Shown: one piece after another, positions 52,501 to 63,401 of the stretch
How the letters are laid out: the number at the start of each line of letters is the position of its first letter
Position numbering within the stretch: position 1 is the stretch's first letter
Assembly: GCF_022539665.2 (NCBI RefSeq)
Contig: NC_081331.1
Location: forward strand, 3,720,001-3,784,000
DNA from: Daphnia carinata
Taxonomy: Eukaryota
Direction of reading: 5' to 3'
DNA: 64,000 bases
Program-made: the position numbers and the translations under genes
Notes under the pieces: model-generated
What the model was told of the DNA's origin: nothing
Seen by the model: the letters and a program-made list of their open reading frames with translations, nothing else
Database searches by the model: none

Positions 52501-54094
52501 CAGGTGCGCCCTCGAACGTAGAGAGCGGACAGCGAAGCACAGGCCCAATTAGCAAAGAAGTTTCAGCCCCACTGGTGTACAAAAAGGCTATCGTCATCTA
52601 AAGGACCAGCGATATGTTGAAACAGAAAATAAATAAATAAATAAACGAATTTCAAATTTTCGAGTTCTAACAGGATCTATTTGTAATGCACAGAACCTTA
52701 TCCATCCGTAACAGATTTGTTTGTATTTTTTTTGTTTGTTTTTTTTTTTTTGTTTTTTTTTTTACGTGGAATTCGGACTAAAATGGAAAAGATTTACATA
52801 TACTAATACGCGTGTGTAAACTATACACAAGTCTATATCTGTGCGCGTGTGTTCGTGTGGCCGGGCCCCTCCAAAATAAAAATCAGTCGCTCTCTCTCTT
52901 ACTGGAATTGCTCCGGTCCGGTCCTTGTGAGACTAGAGATAGAAAAAGAAAAAAAAAAAAAAAAAAAAGAAAAAAGAGGAGGAGTAGACTTGATGAACAA
53001 GATGAACAACGCACAGGTGACATTACCACGCCAAGACATAAGGTGCGGCCATGCCACCATCACACAGCAGCAAAGAGTTTTCTTTCTCTATCTCTTAAGG
53101 TCCTTTACCTTCGCCTTTAAGTTTTTCTTTTTCTTTTTTACTTGATCCCGATTTGGTCAGGGCCTCACAAAAGTATACAGAAAGAAACGAGTCACCTCCC
53201 TCAAAACAGTCACAAACGAACAGAGGAAAAAAAAATGTATATAGAAATAAACAATTTTATCAATTTAGGTTGTAAATATAAAAAAAAAAAAAAAAAAAGC
53301 TACGCGACTCTTTTGTCTGATTTGAATTTCTTTCTCTCTCTCTCTCTCTTTTGCAAAAATAGAAATGATTATAGATAAGATAAAGTAGAATTATATTAGT
53401 CGCAGTGCGTATAGGCATATACGCAACTGGTCGAAAGACACACACACACACACACACAAAAACACTGGAAGGTGGTGGGGGTCCACGCGAATACGCTTTT
53501 TTTTTTTTATTTACTTTATTTATTTGTCGTTTCGTACAGCTTTTATTTGGTAGGGAAGTTTCTTTGGCGGTTGTCGTCATTCACGCTCGGCCAGCGTCGT
53601 GGGCGGCCTTTTTGTTTTTTTTTTGTTTTTTTTTCTTTCTTTCTTTCCCGTACAAAAGCGCTACTATCCTAGTGGCATATAGCGCCCATCCCCCTCCCGT
53701 GACCACCCCCTTTTTCTTTGCTGTCGGGATGCCCTTAAACAGGTGCCGATCTACGCTATTACTACCACTTTATAGCGCCCACGCTGACACATACATTTTA
53801 CCTGGTTGTTAAATTTCGTTTGTCTCGTTGCGTATATTTTATTTGACTTGCAAGGCTATATTCGTCAAGGAAACAAACAAACAAAAAAATTACGGGGAAA
53901 ACAAGCTGCATGAAAATGAAAAAAAAAACAAAAAAAAAACAAAATAAATAAAAGAAAAATGAAATGAAAATGGAGTTGCGCTTAGTTTTTTTGAAATCAT
54001 TTGTTTTGTCGTGTTTAATAGACTCGTAATTGGCATTGAATGAAATGAATACACACGAGTTTACAGAGACAATTTGACGACATGCGAGATATCA

Positions 54095-55401
54095 AATTTA
54101 AGAAGAAAACATTTCTTTATTCAATAGTATTTCTTTTTTCTTTCTTAAATTTTTTGTTTGCACGAAAAAAAAAAAAAATGAAAAGACACAAGTCATCGTC
54201 ATCAGGCACGTGCGCCGCAGCATTTGATCCCCTCCCCGTTTCAGTAAAAAGACTTCAGCGAATGTCAATAAATGCGTGTTTGTTAAAGGACATAAACGCG
54301 GGATCACGGCGCATTCGTTCCGCACTTAACACGAGTCAATATCAATAAAATAAATATTCCAAAAAAAAAAAATGAGTAATACGAAAAATGTTCATTTTGT
54401 TCGTCTGTGTTTTTGTTTCTTTCGTTTTCTTCGTTTTTAAATAACTACGTACATTATACAAAGGCACTGGGCATCAAAGAAAATTATTTATACTCTGCGA
54501 TAAGGGACATAAGAAAAAATGCAAAAAGAATTATATATCAAAGTGAGTGGCGAACTGGAGAAAGACACATTTGAATAAAATTGGGAGGCACACATACACA
54601 CGGAGGGGTATCAAACGTACAGGTGAGGATGTGTTTCAAAAGGTAAAAATCGAAAAGGTTGGGAGCTCCACAGGCAGGCAGCTGCTGTTGTTATCCCAAA
54701 CGGGGAGGGAAAGAATAAAAACAAAAGAAGAACATTTTCCAGTGTCCGATTTTGTTGTTGTTGTCTTCTTTTCCCCTTTTTGACCAGACCAGTGTCCAGG
54801 ACAACTGAGAAAACACCATGGCGATATAATACAGTCAGACATCCAAAAACTCAAACACGCAAACACAGACACACACACTCTCGCGCACGCACATACGAAC
54901 GGTATATACTTCCCATCGCTATAAAGATACGAATCGAATACGAAAGAAAATTCAAATAAAACATAGAAAAAAAAGAAAACTAGAAACTGGTTCGGGTTGT
55001 CCGTAGGAAGAAGAAGAGACGGGCCGGGTTTTTAGTAGAAATAAAAACCCAGCAACGAAAGAAAAAAGGAGGAAAAAAAAAAAAAAAAAAGAAAATTGGT
55101 ATGGCCTGGTGTGGTGGACTGTGTTTTTTTTTTGGTGGGCGAATCAAAATCAAGAGATATGTGAACATTTTGAGCAAAGGCTCGATGACTAGGACTGGGT
55201 TTTTTTTTTTTTTTTTTTCTATCCAAATGTTTGTTTTTTTTCAACGTTGGAACGATGATGAATATCGTCAATATCATCCACTGTCCCAGCCGCATGGCGA
55301 GATTCAAGAACAAAAAAAGAATTTCACCATTTACTGCTCTACGCAGAATGTGGGAGGGTTAAAAAGGGGTATAACGTCACACAGAAGAGAATTATCTTCC
55401 T

Positions 55402-55434
<33 letters not shown>

Positions 55435-55834
55435 CTTTTGTCTTTTGTTTCCTTTTTTTTTTTTTTTTGGCACCGCGAATTCTTCAACGTCTTTTGTCAG
55501 GACTTCGCACAAAACATACGGGAAGGTGAGAGAAAGACATGCTAGAGGTATTTTTTTCCAGACGTGGAAAAAAAAAAAGGCAGAATCTTTTTAAAAAGAA
55601 AAGAAATTTAAAGAAATGTCAAAATCAACCAACCGAAACAGCGGCCAAAAAAAAAAAAAAAAAAAATTGAGAGGGAGAGGGGTGGGCAAGTTGACGAAGA
55701 TTGTACACATCCTGCTTTTCACATCATATAATATATAAGCTCATCCAACAGGTATTTAGCACGTAAGGTGTTTTGCTGCCTGCCAGTTACGAAAAGCGTA
55801 ACCGCAATGCGTTGTTTGCCCCTCTGAACATTTT
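54095..55834 (-). other. Predicted 3' UTR (~1.7 kb), U-rich
   Basis: Runs from the TGA (55835-55837) to the first AATAAA I found (54116-54121). Contains long U tracts on the sense strand and several conserved-miRNA seed matches. Confidence 0.55.
54116..54121 (-). terminator. Candidate polyadenylation signal AATAAA
   Basis: TTTATT on the + strand, followed on the minus strand by UG-rich sequence (TTGTCTCTGTAAACTCGTGTGT, ~54051-54072). A second AATAAA lies at 53838-53843. Confidence 0.55.
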
Positions 55835-57386
55835 TCAAGCGACTTCTCTCTTGGCGACGGCCAACAACTGTGAACCGTTGGGCGACGGCGATGCGGATGC
55901 GTTGCTGGCTGCGCAACATCCGCCGTCCTCGTGTTTGGAGAGGAGCGACATGCGGGAAAAGGTCTTTCCGCACGACTTGCACGAATAGCGCTTGACGTCC
56001 GAGTGGGTCTGGAGGTGAGCTCTCAAGTTGGACCGGTCGGCGAACGAGCGGGAACAGTGCGGGCAGGAGAACGGTTTCTCGCCCGTGTGCGTCCGGATGT
56101 GACCCTGGAGGAGCCAAGGGCGGGAGAAGGCTTTGCCGCACAGGAGGCACTTGCAAGGCAGCGTGTGCGTCCGGATGTGCATTTTCAAGGCGCCCAAAGA
56201 GACGTAGACCTTCTCGCAGTGTTTGCAGCTGAACGACTTCTTGTTGGCCGCTTGCTGGGCGGCGCAGTGCAGCTCCTGGTGTTTCGTCAGGCCGCAGTAG
56301 GTCGAGTAAGATTTGTGGCAGTCGGGGCACTGGTAGCGGGCTGTGGCGCCCGCCGACGTCGACGACGCCGATGACGCCGAAGAGGTGGACGACGCACTGC
56401 TTCCGCTCTTCTTGTTACTCCGCTGAGAAGACAACAGCAAAGCTGGCGGACTGTGACTGTGGTGATGACGGAGGGTCGTCGACTCGGTCCCGCTCTCTTC
56501 GCAGCCGCTGGACCCGCTGGCCGGAGAGGAAAGGTCTTCGATGTCGCTGGTGGATTCCGAGAGTTTCAGCGCGACGGCCGATTCCGGCCACTGGACTCGC
56601 GGCGAGGTTTGCTGCTGGGCCGATTCACTCGGAGCGAATGGAGACAGTTGCTCGCTGCTCGGCCGGTGTGGGCTGCTGTTTTGGGAAGCGGCCGGGTACA
56701 GAGCTGGGCTGATGGCGGCCGAGCTGAACGAACGGTAGGGGAAGTTGAACGGCAAGTAAGGCGCGTACTGGTGGTGATGGTAAGGCACGGACACGTTGAT
56801 CTGGTTGTTCAAGTGGAGCGGCTCCAAAGGTGTCGACAATTTGGCCAGTGACTGAGACGACAACATTTGCGACGATGCGCTGCTGTTGACGTGTTCGGGT
56901 GCGAAATGACCCAGCGGAGGCGTCCAAGATTTGAGCGGCTGATGGGCCGGTGGCGGCGATAAAGCGGCCGGTGTCACCGACGAAGGCAACGAAGCCGCTT
57001 CTAATAAAGCGCGCAGTCGCTTCTGATTTTGACGCTCCCGTTCGGCGGCAGCGTACCGGTCCTCCGGTTTCAAGCTCAAGTTCTCCGGCTCTTCGCTCAT
57101 GACTGATGTCACTAGCGAGGCTTCTGTTCAGCATTCAAGAAATTCAAGAAGAGAAAGAAAAAAAAAAAAAAAAGGATGAGTCCACATTCTTTTACGTCTG
57201 TTTTTTTTTTTTTCTCGAGATTTTGTTCAAACTCTGTAAGGAAAATGTGTTTGGCAAAGATCGTCTACCTGTGGCGCTAACTGATTCCGCTTCGAGACTC
57301 TCCTGCAAAAAGTAGGAGAGTGGCCGCTTCTTGAGCGGACAGTGGCTGTAGTTTTGATTCTTCTTGACGAGGAATGAACGCGGCAT
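55835..57386 (-). CDS. esg: Snail-family C2H2 zinc-finger transcriptional repressor, escargot-like; two coding exons join(57269..57386, 55835..57123), 468 aa
   Basis: Exon 1 begins MPRSFLVKK (SNAG) in CACC-ATG context and contains CPLKKRP (NT box). A phase-1 GT..AG intron (57268-57124) joins it in frame to the 425-aa ORF. Exon 2 has PENLSLK and five fingers ([24 protein letters not shown] ... [18 protein letters not shown] ... [20 protein letters not shown] ... [14 protein letters not shown] ... [15 protein letters not shown]) diagnostic of the Snail family and closest to insect Escargot. One-to-one orthology (esg vs sna) cannot be fixed without a phylogeny. Confidence 0.96.
55916..56335 (-). 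other. Five tandem zinc fingers (four C2H2 plus a terminal C2HC), Snail-type DNA-binding domain
   Basis: Cys/His spacing and TGEKPF linker seen directly in the translation. Confidence 0.97.
57124..57268 (-). other. 145-nt spliceosomal intron, phase 1
   Basis: Donor GTAGAC at 57268. A long polypyrimidine tract (minus strand ~57145-57175) precedes TGAACAG|AA. G+AA gives GAA (Glu) and restores the zinc-finger frame. An in-frame TGA lies just upstream of the acceptor, so splicing is required. Confidence 0.9.
57269..57386 (-). other. Coding exon 1 (39 codons + 1 nt), with SNAG motif (57360-57386) and NT box CPLKKRP (57321-57341)
   Basis: Translation [39 protein letters not shown]; ends at donor ACAG|GTAGAC. 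Confidence 0.92.
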
Positions 57387-57727
57387 GGTGCTGGCTTCTA
57401 AACTGCTTCCGCACATCGATGCGCAAAACGAAATCGATGCGACGATCCGCAAAAATTTGGGATGTAAAGCGAAAAACAGAAAAATTCGGCGAAAAATGTA
57501 ACCAAATCGATATGATTACACTCTTGGTTTCGTGTTCTGATTCAACGCGCTGAGATGTATTTGATTTTCAAATGAATTGAAAACAACAAACAATTCTCTC
57601 AAAGTCCTTTAAAGGAATAAATTGCGCTTGGACTGGGTACGAAGTGGCGAAAAAAAGGGCAACTGGAGATTTCAAAAAAAAAGAGAGAGAAAAAGTATCC
57701 GGTCGGTGCGAGTGCTCGGCGCTGACT
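57387..57727 (-). other. Predicted 5' UTR (341 nt, assuming no intron)
   Basis: Lies between the predicted +1 and the SNAG ATG; depleted of ATG triplets except one in-frame ATG at 57416. Confidence 0.65.
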
Positions 57728-57729
57728 GA
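57695..57729 (-). promoter_or_regulatory. Core promoter: Inr (TCAGTC, A+1 = 57727), MTE-like CGCACCGACC (+18..+27) and DPE GGATA (+28..+32)
   Basis: The Inr matches TCAKTY. The DPE matches RGWYV at exactly +28. The MTE matches CSARCSSAAC at 8/10. T+17, G+19 and G+24 are present. The 341-nt leader to the SNAG ATG contains only one ATG. Confidence 0.75.
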
Positions 57730-57791
57730 ACTGTTCACCGCTCCGTCCGGCCCTTCTTGTAGCCCGAGTCTACCAGGGCGCCACCGCTGCT

Positions 57792-57798
57792 ACAGGTG
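57792..57798 (+). promoter_or_regulatory. Snail/Escargot-type E-box ACAGGTG ~65-70 bp upstream of the TSS
   Basis: Exact match to the RCAGGTG consensus bound by Snail-family fingers; function is inferred. Confidence 0.4.
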
Positions 57799-59232
57799 CT
57801 AGCTGTGGGGATCTAGAAAATGGACGAAGAGCATAGAGCAAGGGAGGATGGGGGGGGGGGGAACTAAAAGAAAAAAAAAAAGCAAAATCCTCCCTCCCTT
57901 GTGGAAGGTTCTCCTCTTCTTCTTCGGAACCCCACCCACCACCACCCTCCGGAACGAAGCACGTGCCCTATCAGCGGCCAATGAGAAGACACGGTTTGCG
58001 ACACACATGAGAAAAAAAAAACGTCTACGACGACGAGGTGTAGAAGATACAGGCGAAAAAAGAAGGGGCGAGGGCACCCAAATACACACACACTTGAAAA
58101 CTGCTGCTGGAAAAAAAAAAAAAAAGAAATGTGTTCCAGCAGGCACCCCACCCCATATAGCGCCCGTCAGTGCCCTATTCATTGGCCATGTTCGGGCCCA
58201 AACAAAAAGGGAGAAAAATCAAATTTCATTGAATGGACAATGAAAGAGAGCGGAGCATCTGCTCATCTTTAGTGCACAGCTCAATGGCTCCGTTTTCATA
58301 GACATTTACGTCAAGGCATTATCGATGCGGCCCCCACGAGCAGCCGGAGTTTTTCGGGGCCCAGGTAACAACAACATCACGTACCTTCACAAAAAGAAAG
58401 AATGAAGAAGAAGAAGAAGAAGGCAGGAAAAAAAAAAAACATATTGCGTATGCACTTGGCTAGATATTATGTTCCAGGTTGCGATGTGGTACCAGGTGCA
58501 TCCGCCAGTGAGTGGGGATTTTATCCAAAAAATACACATAATCTGTCGACATTGATTTGAATCAACAGATTGGATATGTAACGTGCAAGAGTTTCGGTCG
58601 TTAAAGGAAGGAGGGAAACATTGTTACAACAAATGGGCCGGCTGTCCGTTCACGTTAAGCTGCCGGAAGAAAATTCGGGCACGCCAACATCGCTGGATTG
58701 ATGGCACTGATTTGAAAAAAAAAAAATAAAAAAAAAAAGGGCAACTGTTGCAGATGAGAGATTAACTGCGGATGAGGGACTAAAAACAAATCCAAAAAAG
58801 AAAAGAATCCTTTTTCTTTTTTTTTTGTTATTATTTTTGCGCGTTTTGTATTTTCACTTCCGTCCGCAGATGTTATTGCCACCGCGATCCCACACCATGC
58901 CGAACTTCCTGTCCCCTCCATTTTTTTCTGCGATTCGTAGTCACAGAAGATCCAATCTGCGATGGCACTTCCCTCCAACTGGTTGCTCTAATCCGTTGGA
59001 TGGTAACAGAACACCTTTTCCGCTCGTCGCGCAAAAAGAAACGGAACCTTCCGCACACCGGATCATTTTCGAAACGATGACGGGGGGTTAGAAAGGAAGG
59101 AAAGAAAAAAAAATGAAGGAAGAATAAATAAACAAATGTTGAAAACGATTGACAGTCAAAGCCGTTAGCAAAGAAGAGAACCGTTTTCAATATCTCATTA
59201 AAGATAAAAATTCCTTTTGCGAACAAGTCAAG

Positions 59233-59258
59233 GTGTGTGTGTGTGTGTGTGTGTGTGT
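59233..59258. repeat. (GT)n microsatellite
   Basis: Seen directly. Confidence 0.9.
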
Positions 59259-61402
59259 ATAGCATTTCACCCTTTTTTCTCTTTCCGTCACAGAAGCAAC
59301 AGTGTAAACGTGTCACCTATACCGACATACGCACACGAATTGATCCAGCGCTCAGAGGGGGGACAAGAGAGATAGAGAGCGAGAGAGAGAGAAGGACAGT
59401 GAAGAAGAAAGAACATGATGGATGGCTTAAACTCTTTCCCGCGCGAGCCACACGCACACACACACACACACCCAACAAACCGAGGTTTCACATTTTCAAA
59501 TGCAAAAAAAAGAAAGAAAATAGAAATCATATTTTTTTTTTTTTTTCATTCCTTACAGATATCAAATAAATAAATACAAGACTGATACCGATTGCTTACT
59601 AATGACTTATTCACGCCCGATGCTTGTGACGTCGACCCTGTATTGCCGAATGCCGATTCGTTTTTTTTTTTTTTTCCTTCTCTCCTTTAATTTTTCTTTT
59701 TTTTTTTTTCTGACGGTTCGTTCGGCCCATTCATATGCTAAGGAGATCCCGCAGAGCGGCGCGTCAATATATTTTATTCGATAAATGTCGCATTTTCTTC
59801 TGGTACATTAGGAAGGCGACATACACACACACACACACAGCTATTGCACAGACACAAGCACCACAGCCACTCATATGCATACATCCATAAGAAAGGAAAG
59901 CGAACGAGGAGAGCGTTTCATACCAGAGGGTTTTCCCGCGTGAACGGGGCGCGAGCGTACCGCCAATACAATCCGTTCGGGTCAAAACGGTCGACATCGT
60001 TACATTTGTCACTTGGCTCGTACTGTACATATAAAGTTCTGAAATTGTTATTTATTCCCCCCCCCCCCCCCTTTTTTTGTGGTCCTTGGGTCCGTTCGGG
60101 CGCATACCTTATACACGAGGGAGGAAGGCCATTCGATTTTAGTGCATATAGTGATACCAACTTATTATGCAAGAGTCGTGACCTTTATTTTTTTCTTTCT
60201 CTCCTTCTCTATCCCGATGCCATTTTTTTTTTTTCCGGGAGAATAATTTTATTCTTTTAGTTCTTCCACTCTTTTCTTTTTTTTTTTTCCCTATCGCATA
60301 GAGGAAGCGTGAAAAATTAACAAACAAAAAGAGAAAAGGCAAACAGCATAAAAAGGTGAAGAGGAAAAAAGAAAGGAAGAAGAGTTGAAGTAAAAGACGA
60401 ATAAATAAATCAAAACGAGATGATGTGGCTGAGCGGCTCGTCGTCGTCCCGACTGTAAAGGTTGTCGCTGCCTGCCGCTACTCATTTAAGTATCCCGCGT
60501 GCTTATAAAACATGCATAACACTATAAGAGTATACAGGCAACAACAAAAAGCCGGTGTCGGATATCACAATCCTTTTGTTACCTTTTATTTTTCTCCTCT
60601 ATCGACCAGATTGTTTGTTTTTTTTTCTTTCTCGTTTCATTTCTTCTCTTTTGAAGTTTTATCGTTTGACACGTCCTTCGTCTGTCGTCTGATTCCTTAT
60701 TATTTATTATTATTCTGTTAAATCTTTTATGCCGATGTCGGAACTGTTTGTTGTGCATTATGTGTAGGCAACCCCATTTTCGATTTGCTGTTCTCACGTA
60801 ATATTTTCTATTTTTCGATGATGGATTCAACATCGCGACGAAAATTTTGCCTTTTTGATTAAAAAGCCTTTATTGAAATTGAAGTAAAATAGGGCGATTC
60901 TTTTGCATGAATCCATCCGTATTTCAGGCATTCTTTGACTTGTCATCGCGTCAAAGGTGAAAGAGAATCTCTCCAAATCTATGCGAATCAAAAAAATGGA
61001 TCGTACATAAAAAAAAAATAGACATTGTTATGAAGCAACGACGATCTAGATGGATGTCCTCGATTTTTTCGGGGACTTTGTCTCCACCTTTTTCACTTTT
61101 TAACGTGAACTGAATTTTGTTTTTTTGCCTCTTTTCATCCTACCCCCTGCTCCCATTCTTCTTCTTTTTTTTGTGTGTGTGTTAAATTCCACGTAAGAAA
61201 AGATAAGCCATTTTCTTGTAGATATTTGACTGTACAAATGCATCACTCAGCTGCTGTTGGATGTCGGCTGAAATGCATCAAATGTGTGTGTGTGTGTGAG
61301 GGGGGACAAATGACGCACGCACAAAACGTCTTGAGCTTCATTCACGCGGCTTCATCGCTCGCTTCAAGTCAAGATTATCGTCGATCTTGACACATAAGCC
61401 GG

Positions 61403-61437
61403 ACACACACACACACACACGCACACACACACACACA
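61403..61437. repeat. (AC)n microsatellite
   Basis: Seen directly, one interruption. Confidence 0.9.
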
Positions 61438-63367
61438 AAAAAATCATCACACATCCCATACATATAGAATGTTATTATTATTGTTCTCTTCTTCTCCCTT
61501 TTTTTGTCACCTTTTCTTTCCACGTAATCGTTCACCAGTTGACAAAAAAAGATATCCATCCGCAGTAAAAAAAAATAAAAAAATAACACCAAAGGGGATG
61601 TGTGTGCAGTAATACCAAGAATAGAGAGAGAGAGAGAGAGAGGGTAGGTGGAGGGGGGTTTTGTATTGTCATCGACGACGCAGCTGCAAGACGTCAAGGT
61701 ATTACGCTCGCGCCATCAAGAAGAAGAGGATCTTCTTCTTCTTCTTGGGGGTGTGTGTGCAAACGCACAAGGTGCTGGGTGTGTACCAGAAGGGAGTGGA
61801 TGGGGGGGGGGGGGCACCCGACGCTGTTATGAAAGGAGAAGTGGCGCGTCGAAGTTGTATCTGATCGAGCCGTCATTGAGCGCGCATCGCCACCAGCTGC
61901 TCCAGCTGGTGAGGCTTCTCTTTTATAATTTTTTTCAAAGATATATACCGTCTCGTATAAAGAGGAATAGAACGCGCACTGTCAAACCAGCACACTGACG
62001 CACGGCCGTCGTCCGTTCAGCGTTTGTTATATTATTATTACCTTTTCTTCTTTCTCCATTCAAATGCCCGTGCAAGCAGTGGCGGTCGCGTGCCCAACGA
62101 ATTACCTTTTCATTGCTGGACTGGACCGTATCCCTTTCTTTCCCAATGGCCCTGACAATTGAGAAAAGAAAGCGCCGGAGTTATTTCGCCTTCGTAAAAA
62201 TGGGTAGTAGGTGTGTATAGTAGTTTCCGGATGAATGGAAATGAAGAAGAACCTCCTCCTTGTGTAGACGTACTGCAATATACCGCCATTGCTTTATGTA
62301 CACATCGTTGAAATTCCTGAGGTAAAAAAAAAAAAAAAAAAAAAGAGGAAAAAATCAAGGGCAGGTGACCAAACCTTTCTTGTTATTATTAGCTCGGGGC
62401 TATTTATCAGCCCCGGGTTTTTCTTTTTTTCGCTGGTAGATATTCACTTCGTTTTGCTGTAACGTACACATGTCAGTGTGTCGAATGTCATGGACGCTTT
62501 CAACGTTCAAACAAGACGCAGAAAAGAAATCATCCGTAACCGATCGGCATACGCATTTTATGTTTGATTTTTATTACATTTCCCCTGTAAAAATGCAGCA
62601 AGTTTACAGAGGGAATTAGGCAGTTAAGCTCTGATGATAATGTCGGAGGGAATAAACGTCCGAAAAACTGACGTGTTATCGGTTTTAAAGGTGCCCATAT
62701 CACCTGGCGCCAATACACGTTCGTTTTCCGTTCTTTATTCACAGATGATGACGGCTGTTGCCTTCCTCCACTGCGGTAGCACAAACATCCCAAACAGCAA
62801 GAGAAGCACCGGTTGTCTCTCTTCTAAAAGAAGAAAAAAAAAATAAATAAAATGTTCTGTCGAACATCAACTATAATAATCCCCCCCCCCCTTCATCTCT
62901 CATATACGAAAAAAAGGGGGAACTGATCGAACATCACGCAGCGTGCAACTCTTTTTTTTTTTTTCTTTTTTTATTTACATCTCTCTTTAGTCTTATTGGG
63001 TTGCTGTTGCACCCGTGTAGGAACAACTGTAGCCGGATTCCCCTTCGTCGACCGTGAGTCTATTATACTCAGGATGGCGCTGCTGTCTGTGCGCTCCTAT
63101 CCATCATCGGAACGGCTTCATCGACGCCATCGATCATATTTCTTTCCTGTTGTTGTTCCATCTCATTTCTGTTTTTTGTTTTTTTTTTCTTGTTGTTGTT
63201 CAGGCCAATATGGTGAAGGTTTTTGCTCGATGCGCGAGCAGTCGACAGTGCATATAATGGAATCAAATCAGCACCGTTGATTACCACATTCTCCTTATCC
63301 TATTCCATCCAATCATAAGTGCTCATGTGCATCCATCAGACTCGAGTGTTTTTGCTGAAAAAAAAAT

Positions 63368-63401
<34 letters not shown>

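Noticed and set aside
55835..57112. 425-aa ORF treated as the complete single-exon gene
   Set aside because: It starts at a GTG and lacks the SNAG/NT box; a phase-compatible intron links it to the upstream exon.
55719..57134. Long alternative-frame and antisense ORFs overlapping the gene (203, 169, 147, 132 and 113 aa)
   Set aside because: Shadows of GC-rich codon usage in the real CDS; no recognisable domains.
62391..62430. GC-rich hairpin (AGCTCGGGGCT-7 nt-AGCCCCGGGTT) followed by a T tract, resembling an intrinsic terminator
   Set aside because: Eukaryotic context, T tracts are ubiquitous here, and there is no upstream Pol III gene or Helitron-spaced CTRR end.
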